A stretch of DNA of 64,000 bases from Octopus sinensis (lineage: Eukaryota), in the NCBI RefSeq assembly GCF_006345805.1, contig NC_043003.1, positions 95,666,001-95,730,000 of the forward strand. Direction: 5' to 3'. Of the stretch, positions 39,290 to 52,614 are shown piece by piece. Every line of letters begins with the position of its first letter. The stretch's first letter is position 1. The translations under genes and the position numbers were made by a program. The notes below the pieces were generated by a model. The model was not told the origin of the DNA. It saw only the letters and a program-made list of their open reading frames with translations, and searched no databases.

Positions 39290-40168
39290 AAATCAAGTGA
39301 AATCATAGTTGTGGCCAATGCCCATGTTACATAACTGGAACCCATGCTGAGGTCTCAAGTAGGCAATGACAAGTGACCGAGACTGTTGGTGATATGCCAA
39401 GCTTGAGAAGACTTATGAAGCCAAGTGAAATCATAGTTGCGGTCAGTACCAGTGTCGTGTAACTGGTACACATGCCAGTGGCATGTAAAAAGCACCCATT
39501 ACACTCTTGGAGTGGTTGGGATTAGGAAGGGCATCCAACCGTAGAGACCACGCCAAATCAGACTGGAATTTGGTGCAGCTCCCCAGCTTACCAGTTTTCA
39601 ATCAAACCATCCAACCCATGCCAGCATGGAAAGCAGACGCTAAATGGTGATGAGGAATAAGCATCCATTGCATTTTGATTTACTGTTATTGGAAAAGTTA
39701 CATTCCAAGAATTCTCCATGTTCTCAAATGAAGATGATTCAGAGCAGAATGTGGAGTTTTGATATTTGGCAAGATGTGCAGAAAACACACACTTTTCAAC
39801 AAAGATTATTTGGAGCAATGAAACTACATTTAAATCATATGACTCAATTAACTGACACAACCGAACCCAATATATAAATTACAAAGGAACATCGTGTAAA
39901 TTTACAATGAGTGTATGATGTGGTTTATCATCAAATTGGATTAATTGGGCGAAATGCGTTGCTGGGTGAAATGTGTGCCGGGCGAAATGCGTAATCGTAT
40001 TTCGTCTGCCGTTACATTCTGAGTTCAAATTCCGCCAAGGTTGACTTTGCCTTTCATCCTTTCGGGGGTCGATTAAATAAGCACCAGTTACGCACTGGGG
40101 TCAATATAATCGACTTAATCCGTTTGTCCTCTCTGTGTTTAGCCCCTTGTGGGTAGTAAAGAAATAGG
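39290..40168 (+). mobile_element. RTE 3'-UTR C (39290-39650) and SINE B (39950-40168)
   Basis: Similarity to other copies in the window. Confidence 0.8.
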
Positions 40169-40849
40169 TATGCAATTGGTCCTATTTGCTTGAACTTACT
40201 ATGACAATCTGTCATGCTAATCATTTAAGAGGATTCTAAAGATGTAAAGTTTTAGTTCCAGCAAGATGGGACACCCTAACACTGCCATAGTAATATAAGG
40301 ATCTACCTTGATAAGATTTTGCTAAACAGGTGGATTGGATGAAGAGGTTCAGTAGAATACCCTCTGTGTTCACTAGACCCTGGATGTGGTTACAGGTGAA
40401 TGTGGTAAATGAAGTACAGGGGTGAAGATGTGATCAATGGTAAGTATTAATATGGAGGGCAAAGGTAAAATAAAGAGCTCAGAAAGTGGGAGACAATAAG
40501 TGGGAATGCAAGAAATGGGTGGAAAGCAGCAATATAATAAACTTGTAGACAAATCAGAAAACAGGGAAGGTGAGAGAGAGAGAGATGTACAAGAACAGAA
40601 ATGAGAGAGATGTAGAGTAATAATGAGTTCATTGTACACTGAACTAAAGAGCAATCAAAGTGTGTTACATTGAAATAAGTGGGATATTCATCTTTTATCC
40701 AATGAATGCTATCCCCTACAACTTTTACCATTGAAATAAGACTGGCTATCTACTTCAGATGAATGTGGAGAAGCTCGCTTTTTAGAGAAAATTGAAGCAG
40801 GAATCAAGAAGCGAAAAATCAACTAAAACTCAATACATAGAATTACTAC

Positions 40850-42790
40850 TACATACACCATGGCTGGACAGGGGACTGGGGTCAGTTATCATAGATCATA
40901 GAATTATGAAGAGAAATTTCAGTGGACCTTTTGAATTAAATCAAAACCTCTAACAATTCTATAAAAAGGCAAAACAAGAACCCTCAATTAATTATATGAA
41001 AAGGATAGAAAGTGACTGGGATGTAAAATACCCCCAAATTACTGGCATTTCATCTCAAACACTGACAAAAAAATTTGCCTTCACCATCAAAATTACATAT
41101 GAAATACAAGTGGGAACAGACCAATGGGTTCTTCTCAGGAAATTGAAAACAACATCAAACTGAAGCACTGTAACAACAATAACACAAAGATGAAAACATT
41201 CCTACTTTCATGGATGAGCAGTAATTGCTTCGGAACAAACAGAAATGGGAGAATGTAAACAACTGAAAGCATATTTAACAGTAAAATTCAAATGAAACAT
41301 CATTTTCATTAATAAACAATTACATGAAAGAACAATTATAACATGAATCAATAGAAAAGCTACAGACTTGATGTTATCTATGATCAGCCATGTTGCTAAG
41401 GAACACCTAGGCCAGATTGAGAGCTCCAACTTCTGGACACTGAATGTCCTACTATATAACCGTGCTGCAGCCACCATTTGCCAACAGATCAGCGTAACAG
41501 AAATCAACTGTGAAGACACCAAAATGGATGCTGCTCTCTCCAGACAAATGTCTGAAGAGTCAGAAAAAATAATGAACAATTAGATACTATTGTTAATTGC
41601 AAAGTGAGTAAAAAATTTATGAACCACCAGCTGCAACTTCATGGTAGATTATCTAAGGTCTATGGTAACTGTCAATAAGAGACGCTAACAGGTAAACCAA
41701 TTGCCCGTAAATATAAACAGTGAACCTAAGTGAAAAACTTTGTTACCATAAAAACCTCATCATCATTGTTCGACCGTGGTCGAGACAATGGAATTTACCA
41801 TGCTACACCAGACTTCACAGTAAAAACCTACTAGAACAAAGTAAAGAGAGAAATGAGTTCAAGCATATTCTAAGAGTAATATTATGAGATTAAGTAAAGA
41901 ACTCCTTCCAAGTGAACCAAGAGTGGCTGGACTAACCAACATAAACAGAGACTTGGAGAAATACTCTCCATACAAGCCAAAAGTTATGCATGAGTAAAGA
42001 TACTGCAAGCTAGAGAATACTAACAATAATGATATGTAATAGCCTCTCTTGGACATGCAATAGATACATTACATCCCACCTAAAACTATGCATTTAATAC
42101 CCAGAAACAGGAGATAGCTACTAAATCTCTGATCAACAAAGGAGATAAGGATGCCTCTAGACCTCAGTATTGTGACAGAAAAAGTTGGCAGTGCCACATG
42201 AATGTAAACGGTAACACATACAATTAGCAGATGTCCAAAACTGTCCATAAGATATTACCTTGCTATTGAACATGGCATTGTTGCTAAAACCATTTAAAAT
42301 GTTACAAACAGAATGAATTATCTTGATGGTCATACCAAAGGCACACCAGAACCAGAATTAAAAAATAAAGAATACTAGAGGGATATTCCAATAAAAACAG
42401 TACTTTGACATAAGTACAACAGACCAAATACTGTTCTGTAGGACATGGAACAAAAACCATGAGCTGTTGTAGTGATCAGCTGACAGGTGGATGAGAATGT
42501 CTCATCAAAAGCTAGAGAAAAAAAGAGAACCATGAAGAACTGATGAGAAACTGACAGCTCTTGTGTCCAGGTTATAGATTTTCATTTGTATCTATTATCA
42601 TTGGTGTTTTGGCTACATAACAGACTTGCATAAAAGCCAAGGAGTGTTGGGGTTCTCTATGAAAGATCAAAGCAAGCTCATTCACATTCTTCAAATACAA
42701 CTGATTAGTCGTACAATGAAAATTCGCTAAACATTCCAGGGATTCTCCATTTGAATTTCCTGCACTGAACCCACACAATCACATGTACAT
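40850..42790 (+). mobile_element. Decayed R4/Dong-clade non-LTR retrotransposon (zinc knuckle plus restriction-like endonuclease); RT apparently deleted
   Basis: HTISRCPKLSIRYYLAIEHGIVAKTI (from 42217), DIPIKT...YNRPNTVL.D...AVVVIS.QVDENVSSKAREK (42380-42520), SIIIGVL, and N-terminal WTLNVLLYNRAAATI. The left boundary is uncertain. Confidence 0.75.
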
Positions 42791-43118
42791 ATGGAATACA
42801 CAACACAATAGAATACTAAAGTCTATCCACATGCAGATATATGCACAAACTAAGCAATCCAAATAACAAACCCCAAAGCTGTCTTGATTTTAAAAAGAGC
42901 TTTGTCACTTTGTTGACTGGTTTGAATTCTACAAAGGAAAAAACTTAAAATACACATCATCATTTAACGTCCGTTTTCCATGCTGGCATGGGTTGGACAA
43001 TTTGACAAGACCTGGCTGGCTGAAGAGCTCTCCAAGCTCCATGTCTGTTCAGAGCCCAGGCAGCTCTTCAGCTCCTGTCAAACCCTCCAACACATGGTCT
43101 GGACATGTTATGTTCATA

Positions 43119-43155
<37 letters not shown>

Positions 43156-43478
43156 GAAATTGTGTGAATAAGTAGATGTATGACTGCAACTGTTATTATG
43201 TTTAGAGCTCCATGTAGATTTTCATAATCCAATCTGCTTTCTGTATAGTTGTTAAGTAAGTTCTATACTGGGTAGTAATACTAGTTATGAGCTTCAGAGC
43301 AAATGTTGGAAAAATAAGGGAAAACTGAAGTTTAGCTTGAAGTTCCTATGCATATTTCACTATTAGGAGTCCTGCAATAGATGTTCCAAATGCATGTAAA
43401 TGCTCAACAACAGATCCTCAGGGAACACTATTATAAACTTGTGTTTATCCTTATTTTTCCTACATATATATATACATA

Positions 43479-43660
43479 TATATAACAAGTGATAGAGACA
43501 GAAAACAGATTATACAAGAAACTTTATTGCTCACAACGATCATTCTGACCCATTCTGCATCGATCCCTTACACGGGATCGATGCAGAATGGGTCAAAACA
43601 ATCATTGAGTAATAAAGTTTCTTGTATATTCTGTTTCCCATTTCTGTCATTTGTTATATA
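43479..43660. mobile_element. TA-flanked hairpin (MITE-like) element
   Basis: Arms of about 88 bp; inner 22 bp perfect (TGACCCATTCTGCATCGATCCC / GGGATCGATGCAGAATGGGTCA); 6-nt loop TTACAC at 43568-43573. Confidence 0.75.
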
Positions 43661-43818
43661 TTCAACGAACACTGCAGGATTCCTGAAGAAGATCCAGCAT
43701 CAATTGTATAAATACCATAGATGATATCTGGTAGCCATAGGCAACAAACATGCTTCACTGGCTAAATACTGGGTACATACCCAATACTTATTTATTGATA
43801 TATATACATATATATATA

Positions 43819-43852
<34 letters not shown>

Positions 43853-43856
<4 letters not shown>

Positions 43857-44541
43857 TGAGGGAACCTGTGGAAGGGGCAGACCCAGGAAAACCTGGGACG
43901 AGGTGGTGAAGCTCGACCTTCGAACTTTAGGTCTCACCGAGAAAATGACCAGAGACCGAGACCTTTGGAAGTATGCTGTGCGTGGGAAGACCTGGCAGGA
44001 CAAGTGAGACCATAACCCGTGGCCTCTACCTGGGATGTAGCCAGCCCACTTATGCATACCTTTCCTTCTTGTGACACAAACCCTACTTATGAAGACCTGT
44101 TGAGGCAAGTGAAAATCAAAATCAAAATCGATCAACATCAATGGAAATTGTAGCTGTGATACCAGTGCTGGTGGCACGTAAGAGAACCATCCGAACGTGG
44201 CCGTTGCCAGCCCCGCCCCGACTGTCCTCCATGCCGGTGGCACGTAAAAAGCACCATCCGATTGGCCGTTGCCAGCCTCGTCTGGCCCCCGTGCCAGTGG
44301 CACATAAAAAGCGCCATCAGATCGTGGCCGTTTGTGAGCCTTGCCTGGCACCTGTGCAGGTGGCACGTATAAAGCACCCACTACACTCACGGAGTGGTTG
44401 GCGTTAGGAAGGGCATCCAGCTTTAGAAACACTGCCAGATCAGACTGGGCCTGGCGCAGCCTACTAGCTTCCCAGACCCCAGTTGAACCGTCCAACCCAT
44501 GCTAGCATTGAAAACGGACGTTAAACGATGATGATGATGAT
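43853..44541 (+). mobile_element. 5'-truncated RTE LINE: ORF end plus complete 3' UTR, young
   Basis: VEGTCGRGRPRKTWDEVVKLDLRTLGLTEKMTRDRDLWKYAV*, then a four-unit VNTR and a (GAT)n tail. Shows that the C fragments are RTE 3' UTRs. Confidence 0.92.
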
Positions 44542-45121
44542 ATATATATATATATGTATGCATTGGTCCGGTTCAACCCACCCATCTCTGCAACACACTC
44601 TCTCCCCTTTACTATACTATGTCATCAGTATAATGAAGGGCAGTATTGAACCTAGCTGTTTCCACTCCATTCACAACCACTATCCTTATAACCCTACCTA
44701 TCTCACCCACCATGATGCCTGTTTAATTAGGGTTTAATTAGGATCTGATTGTATTCACTACATTCTTCCATCACTCCATCTAACCATTCTTCACCCCTTC
44801 ACACACCACACTCAACTATGTTGCAATCATGCAACGAAAATTTTGATAAGTGAAATATTTTTAAAATGAATTCTTCATCATTGCCATCATTTCACGTCCA
44901 TGTTCCATGTTGGCATGGGTAGCTTTGTGTATTATTAAATGGATCTTCCACAATGTAGGGCGCTGCACACACACACGCGCACACAAGCATTATATATATA
45001 TTTCAGTATGTGGGGACATGTTGGGAAAAAGTACCAGAACGTCTGGCAATATTAAAATAGAATGGTGGCCTACCCTGAGAAGATGAGTAAATGCCAACCC
45101 TTAAAATCCTCAAGAGCTTAC

Positions 45122-45301
45122 AATTACATTGCGTTACTTTTATTTTTACTCATTTTTCCCTTATTATTATTTTTTTTTCTACTGTTTAGTTCTCCAAAGA
45201 GATTCACGGCAAATTCGACTTCAACGAGCTTTGAACGCAGAACAGAGCAAGAGGGATGAAACGAATTATTTATTCGTAATCAATATATATCAAGATCTTT
45301 A
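45122..45301 (-). other. Candidate non-coding (5' UTR) exon
   Basis: Acceptor TTTTTCTTTCTACAG at 45302; possible donor GTAAGC at 45121; contains only a 6-codon uORF. Confidence 0.2.
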
Positions 45302-45688
45302 CTGTAGAAAGAAAAACATTTAAGGTGAAAACTTAAGTGAACATCAAATTACTGTTCAGTTAAATATTACGAGATTCGAATGAAAATGTAAAAAGTTTAC
45401 CCGAGTAAAAATTCTCTGTTGGAAATCTGACTAATGTTAAGCCCTAATGATTTCGAATGTTTGATTTTCTTGACATTCCTCACCGTCACCTAATGGAAGG
45501 GATTAAAAAAAAAAAAACCTTCAGGCTGTGATAATGTAAGCGATATAGAGGGAGACCTCTAAGAAGTTAGGCAATCGAAACTTTTATTTTTTATAGGAGT
45601 AGATACTAACAAAGAAAGGCACAAACTAGGTTGACTGGCAATCAAGATTTCTTAATTAACTTTAAATCAACTAAGTTATTGAAAAAAT

Positions 45689-45769
<81 letters not shown>

Positions 45770-45773
45770 CAGA
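45689..45773. repeat. (GATA)n microsatellite
   Basis: Visible directly. Confidence 0.97.
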
Positions 45774-47613
45774 TATGTGTGTGTGTGTGTGTGAAGTGAA
45801 CAGTCGAAATGTCAACGGGATTGTTTAAGCGCGGTTAAAACAATAGGCACACACCTGTGGAACGATCTTTCAAAAACACAGACCAGGCAATCGAGTTATA
45901 ATGAGGTACGGTAGGTATATGCCTTAGGAGCGCTCAAATCAAAGACGACCAAGACGTTATTTGAACTCAGACCCGAGATTAACGAAAAAAAAATTATGTA
46001 CTTTAATGCAATTTCGTGCGACTCGATCAGTGTCAGGGGCAATTTAAAACACGAACAGATATTCTAGCTAGCATGAGACAAACAGGCCCTCCCACCACAA
46101 AAAGCAGCAGTAACCGCCGAATTCTCTTTAAACACCAGTTGAATCAGTAATGATGCATGCACACACATACACACACATACATACATAAATACATACATAA
46201 ATACACGCGCACGCGAGGTGTAGTTGAATCATGCTAAGGCAACTGGGTGATGGGCACATAACTGAAGATAACATACATGTATTATGTGAAAATATTTTAC
46301 ATACGAATGAATGTGTAATAAATAAATAAATACAAAAAAAGCAAGACATAAGCGATTTTGCTCAGTAAGACTCCGATGTTAGATAACAGATTTGACAATT
46401 TATCAAAAAAAAAGATACTACTACAGCAGGAGACTAAAAGCAGAAGGCAAACAAATGATAATCGAACTGGATTGATTTAATACCGGCAGGACATCAAAGA
46501 AGAAAATCGTAACATTCATCTATAGTAGAATTAGAGACAAGTTACATACGATTATACAGATTATAGATCAAACAGATTTAGTTTTTTTCTTGTAGATTAT
46601 GCGTTTCTTTCTTTCTTTATTCATAAATATATTTGTTCATACGCACACCTCCGCTGTTTTTTAATGAATCAGTAACCAATGTGTTCGTTATTAAAATGAC
46701 TTGTAAGTGGTTTGTAAAATAAAAGGTTTGAGGTCAAAATAAAACAATTGGTTCAAATTTGCTAAACATACCCATTAGTCACGGAGAAGTACTTAAATAT
46801 TTAACTCCTATGAGTAATATAGTAATTACTTTAAGTAAAAAAAAAAAAGAAAAAAAGATATTGCAACTCAACTCACATACAAAGTATATTGATGCAACCA
46901 AGTATCCAAAGATAATAAAATGGACCGAAACAACAAATATAACCCATAACTTGACGAAGAATTCAGAGGAATATATGTGGTGGGTGTAAACCACAGCGGT
47001 GTGGGTGGGGAGAGATAGTAGTTAACATTGCTATAACATATATTCACGTATCAAATGACAAGTTGTCCAGAAATTTGTACTGGCTACAGATATCGGTTTG
47101 GGACAGCTTCCAGAAACGAAAGATCTTAACCACCGTTATAATCTTATTTCTTTAAAAAAATATAATAATACAATAACGAAAGTGAATGGAGAAGAATTGA
47201 AGAGACAACAGGACGATATGGCATCAAGTCAAAGTTACATAGACACTCGCTGGTGAATGAAATATTGTAGTAAAATAACGAACTAGTTAGAAAGAAGCGA
47301 TGATGATGAAGAAGACAGCGAGAAAAGAGATGAGAAACGAAAGATGTAGTAGCTCTCCAGGGAATCCAGTCCAATTATTTGTCACACGTGGAATTTGTCG
47401 GGTGACACAGCAAAAGTAAACGTGGGCAGTTATTTGTATGACAATAAACTTGAGATTATTTGCAGCTGACCCTCCAAGAACATTATGAATTAGACACGGC
47501 AAACACACAGAAAAGAGAAACTTTTCCTATGTTCATTTGAATAGTTATGATTACAGGTATTCTGTGGTAATAAAGAAATAACTGAAATGACCAGGTGGAG
47601 GAGAGAGAGAGAG

Positions 47614-47644
<31 letters not shown>

Positions 47645-48984
47645 AGCTTTTCACCTGAGCAATAACAACGAAGGCACGAAACCGTTCGCATATATGTGTG
47701 TGTGTTTGTATTAGATAACAGTCCTGTGCTTTGATGTTACTGAACAGGTGAAAGGCAAGATTACAAGATAACATATTTGTGTTTGATAGACGTTTTAACT
47801 AAATATGTGCATGTATGTATGTGTGTGTATAAATACACACACACACATATATATATATATAAAACAAGGCAAAATTACGGGTAATACATTATGTAATCAT
47901 ATTTAACCGATATTGCTGCTTTTGTAATTGTTTATTTCTTTTTTTCTTTTAATTAACAAGAGTTAATTAAAAAGTGGGGAAACAAAGGTTATAAACAATA
48001 TGATAAGGTAAGTACTATTTGGAGGGGCATGTCATGCGAAATAAAATTTTAATATTTTGTTGAACACAGCTCCTCTACAATATCCCAAGCAATCCAGTGA
48101 CATAGTATAATGGGTTATCTTGTATTTTAACGGCGGAAAATTAAACACTATAACAAGCAATGAATATAAACACCTGGACGGACAAATGATTCAATTTAAA
48201 CCACTTCGTATTGCACATTTGTAATGTGGAAAAACAAATTAATAATATTACCCTAATTAATAGTACAGACTGGATTGTTGATCCAATTTGAATATAGATA
48301 TTCTTTCATTGACATGATTTTAATCGCCGCAGTTAAAATGCAAGTTAACTACGTACGTATGTATGCATGTGTTTGTATATATATATGTGTGTGTGTGTGT
48401 GTGGTGTGAGTGAGTATGTATGTATATGCATGTGTGTATGCGTGTATGTATGTTGTCATTTTGGTTCACGCTTTGTTGAAGGCTGTATGAACGGGCATTC
48501 CATCAGGGCAATTTCTTGTCGGGAGAGTTAAGGGATGTCGATGAGAAATGAGTATAAAGAATGTCCAAGCTGTATTCAACAGATTAGTCTTGTCGAAGGG
48601 GGAAATCAACAAACGAAAAACAAACAAGCAACAACGCTGAACAACAAATTGCCACAACTTCCAACAGATTTCGGACACCGACTTAGACTTAGGGGAAAAA
48701 GAACCCCCCAAAAAAGTGAATAAAAAATGAGATACTCTGCTGATCAGTCCAAGACATTAACATGTGTTGGATTTTTGGTCGATAATTACAAATAAAAAGT
48801 GTAAAGAGACATTATTCTTTTGCGAAGAACACAAGTGACAGCCTTTATTCGTTCGTTTTTCTCTTCGTGTCTTTCCCAAACGTTTTTTTGTTTTGTTTTT
48901 CAAATATTTTCTTTTATTTATTATTTTCTTTACATTATTTATTTTCTTTACATTTAATCTGTTTATGAAAATACGGAGACTTAC

Positions 48985-49195
48985 CTATTTTGGACAGCTT
49001 ACAAATCGTATTTTGTTCGCTTTTTATTTCGTTTTTTTCTTTGTATATGTTTGTGTGTATGCTTTCCTTTTATTTTTCTTTCGTGTTTGTAAAAATCCCA
49101 ACTTGTATCAAAGCCGTTCATAGATATTCATTAAAGTATTTATAACAAACAACATTGAAAATTTCACACTCGACTGTTTGCTGCCATGTTTACGT
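48985..49195 (-). other. Putative first (5' UTR) exon of a minus-strand gene
   Basis: Lies directly downstream of the NRF1/YY1 motifs; consensus donor ATAG|GTAAGT at 48984; contains the uORF MAANSRV*. Confidence 0.45.
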
Positions 49196-49225
49196 TGAAG
49201 CGCATGCGCACTCAATCGTCGCGCG
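49181..49225. promoter_or_regulatory. Core-promoter motifs: NRF1 site and YY1-like site
   Basis: GCGCATGCGC at 49200-49209; AAACATGGCAG on the minus strand at 49181-49191; followed by TCGTCGCGCG and a C/T-rich tract. Confidence 0.6.
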
Positions 49226-49608
49226 TGGTAGCTAACCCTTCCCTCCTTCTCCTCCTCCTCCCATTTCTCCCCTTCTCCAAAACTTTACTCTGAGAATTTC
49301 GTCGGGAAAGCAAGAAAATATGCTTCTTCGGGATAAATTCATTTATTTTTACTACGTTTTTCTAGATGATTCTCATGAAATCCATAAATACAATCAAACT
49401 AAATTTAATAAATATAGTTTCACAATAATATTCCTCGCAACCATCAAATAAAAATGGGTTTTTAACCATGTTTGTCTTCATTGACAACAAAACCCTCCTC
49501 AAAGTCATGTCTCTTAATTTACAATGATCCCTAATTTGAGAATTATCTAAGAAAGATCTTAATAAAACGCTGCAAGATGAAGATAGTTATTCACCACATT
49601 GTAATATC

Positions 49609-49839
49609 TATTTCTCTACTACCCACAAGGGGCTAAACACAGAGGGAACAAACAAGGACAGACAAACGGATTAAGTCGATTATATCGACCCCAGTGCGTA
49701 ACTGGTACTTATTTAATCGACCCCGAAAGGATGAAAGGCAAAGTCGACATCGGCGGAATTTGAACTCAGAACGCAACGACAGACGAAATACGGCTACGAA
49801 TTTCGCCCGGCGTGCTAACGTTTCTGCCAGCTCGCCGCC
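49609..49839 (-). mobile_element. SINE family B with intact CpGs
   Basis: 10-bp TSD TTGTAATATC at 49599-49608 and 49840-49849. Confidence 0.92.
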
Positions 49840-50113
49840 TTGTAATATCAAATCTTGTCATGTTGTGCTTTGAACAAAGCACTACTTTCTTTTATCTTTT
49901 ACTTGTTTCAGTCATTAGACGGCAGCTTTGCCATGGTACCACCTTGAAGAATTTTTAGTCGAATATATCAACCCCAGGACTTATTTTTTTAAAAATCTGG
50001 TACTTAATCTAACAGTCTCTTTTGCCAAACTGCTAAGTAATGTGGAGGCAAACACACCAGCACGAGTTGTCAAGCACTGGGAAGGGACAAACACAGTCAT
50101 AAAGATAGACAGA

Positions 50114-52005
50114 TCATCATCATCGTTTAACGTCCGTTTTCCATGCTAGCATGGGTTGGACAGTTCAACTGGAGTCTGGGAAGCCAAGAGGCTGCACCAG
50201 GCTCCAGTCTGATCTGGCAGTGTTTCTACAGCTGGATGCCCTTCCTAACCACTCCGTGAGTGTAGTGGATGCTTTTTACATGCCACCGGCACAGGGGCCA
50301 GAGGAGAGTGGCAACGTCCACGATCAGTTGGTGCTTTTTACGTGTCACTGGCATGGAAGCCAGTCAAGGTGGCACTGGCATCGGCCATGTTCGGATGGTG
50401 CTTTTTATGTGCCACCAGCACGGGTATCACAACTACAATTTCCATTTGATTTTGACTCAATCACAGCAGGTCGCCCAACAATCCAATGTACTTTTGAATG
50501 GGCTGGGGCTGTTATGCGAAACTGGTGTAGGACACAGCCGTGAACTCACTTTATTTGCTGGGTCTTTGCAGTCACAGCATATCTCCAGAGATCTTGGTCT
50601 TTCGTCATTACCTCTGTGAGGCCCAACGTTCGAAGGTCATGCTTGACCACCTCAACCCATGTCTTTCTGGGTCTACTTCTACCCTGGATTCCTTCAACTG
50701 TTTGGGAGTGGCACTTCTTCACACATCTCTCCTCATTCATCCATAGTGCATGACCATACCAGTGCAAACGTCTCTCTTACATGCCATATCCGATGCTTCT
50801 TATGTCCAACTTTTCCCTCAGGGCGCTTACACTATGTTGTATGTGCACACTGACATTACACATCCAGTGGATCATGCTAGCTTCATTTCTTTCGATCCTA
50901 TTCATGCCCTCCGCAGTCACGGCCCATGTTTCACTGCCGTGAAGCATGGCGGTTCGCACACATGCCTCGTACAATCTTCCTTTCACTCTGAGCGAGAAGC
51001 CTTTTGTCACCAGTAAGGATAGAAGCTTTCTAAACTTTGCCCAGGCTAGTGGTAACACTCTCTAAGCATCCACCCCCACTATTACCTTGGTCACCTAGGT
51101 AGTGGAAGCTATCAACTACTTCTAGTTTCTTCCCCTGGAGTGTGATGGAATCTGTTTTCTGAGCATCTGTGGTGTTTATTGCCACTGTGCATCTGCCGCA
51201 CATGAAAGCTGTCTTCTCGATTAATCTTCCTTTGATGTTGCTGCACCTCTTATGTGTCCATAGCTTACACTGGGTACATCTTATGGAGTTTCTACTTACA
51301 TCTTCTGTACAGATCGAGTAGGGCCACCTACCTGAGGGGATGTGTGATAAGTTCACCTTCCTACTTACTAGAACTTTGGTCTTTGCTACATTGACTCTAA
51401 GACATTTTGATTCTAAACCTTGCTTCCACACCTGAAATTTCTTCTCTAGTTCCAGTAGTGATTCTGCTATGAGGGCCAGGTATCAGCATAGAGGAGCTCC
51501 TGGGGGCAACTCGTCTTGAATTCCTCTGTTATTGCCAGGAGGACTATGATGAATAAAAGGGGTCCGAGGGCTGAACCTTGGTGGACCCTACTTCTACCCG
51601 GAATTCTTCACTACACTCATTGCCAATCCTAACCTTACAAACAGCCTTTCTGTATAAGGTCTGTACAATCCTTATTAACCATTCATCAATCTCCAGTTTC
51701 TGCATTGCCCACCAGATAAGGGATCGGGGGACCCTGTCAAAGGCTTTCTCCAAGTCCACAAAAGCTAAGTATAGAGTTTTATCTTTGGCTAGGTATTTCT
51801 CCTGCTGTTGCTGTACCAGGAATATAGCATCAGTGGTGCTTCTACCTGGCACAAAACTGAACTGCATCTCATCTAAGCAGACTCCCTAATGAGATGGGCT
51901 ATGACCCTCTCCGTGACCTTTATCACCTGATCCAGCAGTTTGATACCCCTGTAGTTATTTCTATCTTGAGCATCACCTTTACCCTTGTAGCAGTTGACTA
52001 TGGTA
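50114..52005 (-). mobile_element. 5'-truncated RTE LINE (RT through 3' UTR), inactivated
   Basis: GKGDAQDRNNYRGIKLLDQV, FSFVPGRSTTDAIF, LYLAFVDLEKAFDRVPR, ELLYAD plus a frameshift, a C2-type 'SIRCTQCKLWTHKRCS' segment, MLHGSETW, GRSRPRKTW; (GAT)n tail. Confidence 0.92.
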
Positions 52006-52264
52006 CTGCTACATCTAGTTACCTAGATACCCCTTCATCAACACTGTTGCCACTGCATAGCATCAAACATAATGCACCAAGCTCCATATAACTTAAAGTT
52101 TCATGGGCTCATAAAATGAACCTAGCTCTTCAGACATAGGTAACTGAATGGAGAAACTTCAAGATGGCTATAGGAGATTGAGCTGCTGTTGGTCAAAGCA
52201 AGTCACATGGCTTTGTTGATATTGTTATTGATACAGCAGTAACATCAGACAGAGATAGAAATCC

Positions 52265-52540
52265 CAATATGTATTGACTCATCAAGTCAAGTGAAATCAT
52301 AGTTGTGGCTGTTGCCAGTGTTGTGTAAATAACACCCAGTCATGTAAATGACACCCATGCCTGTGGTATGTAAAAAGAACCCATTACACTCTCAGAGTGG
52401 TTGGCGTTAAGAAGGGCATCCAGCCATAGAAACCATCCCAAATCAGACTGGAACCTGATGCAGCCCTCCAGCTTACCAATTCCAGTCAAACCATCTGACC
52501 CATGCCAGTATGGAAAGTGGACATTAAATGATGATGATGT
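52265..52540 (+). mobile_element. RTE 3'-UTR C fragment
   Basis: GGCGTTAAGAAGGGCATCCAGCC motif and (GAT)n tail. Confidence 0.75.
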
Positions 52541-52555
52541 TGATCAGGATAGATA

Positions 52556-52614
<59 letters not shown>

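Larger units (their letters stand above)
44900..49850. promoter_or_regulatory. CpG-enriched (probably unmethylated) 5' gene domain
   Basis: Unique sequence here is CpG-rich (10 CpGs in 49141-49320 by hand count), whereas old unique sequence such as 52700-53300 has essentially none. Confidence 0.55.

Noticed and set aside
44160-44390. CRISPR-like array (palindromic repeat with spacers)
   Set aside because: The 'spacers' are homologous to each other, the array lies in an RTE 3' UTR of an animal genome, and there are no cas genes. It is a VNTR.
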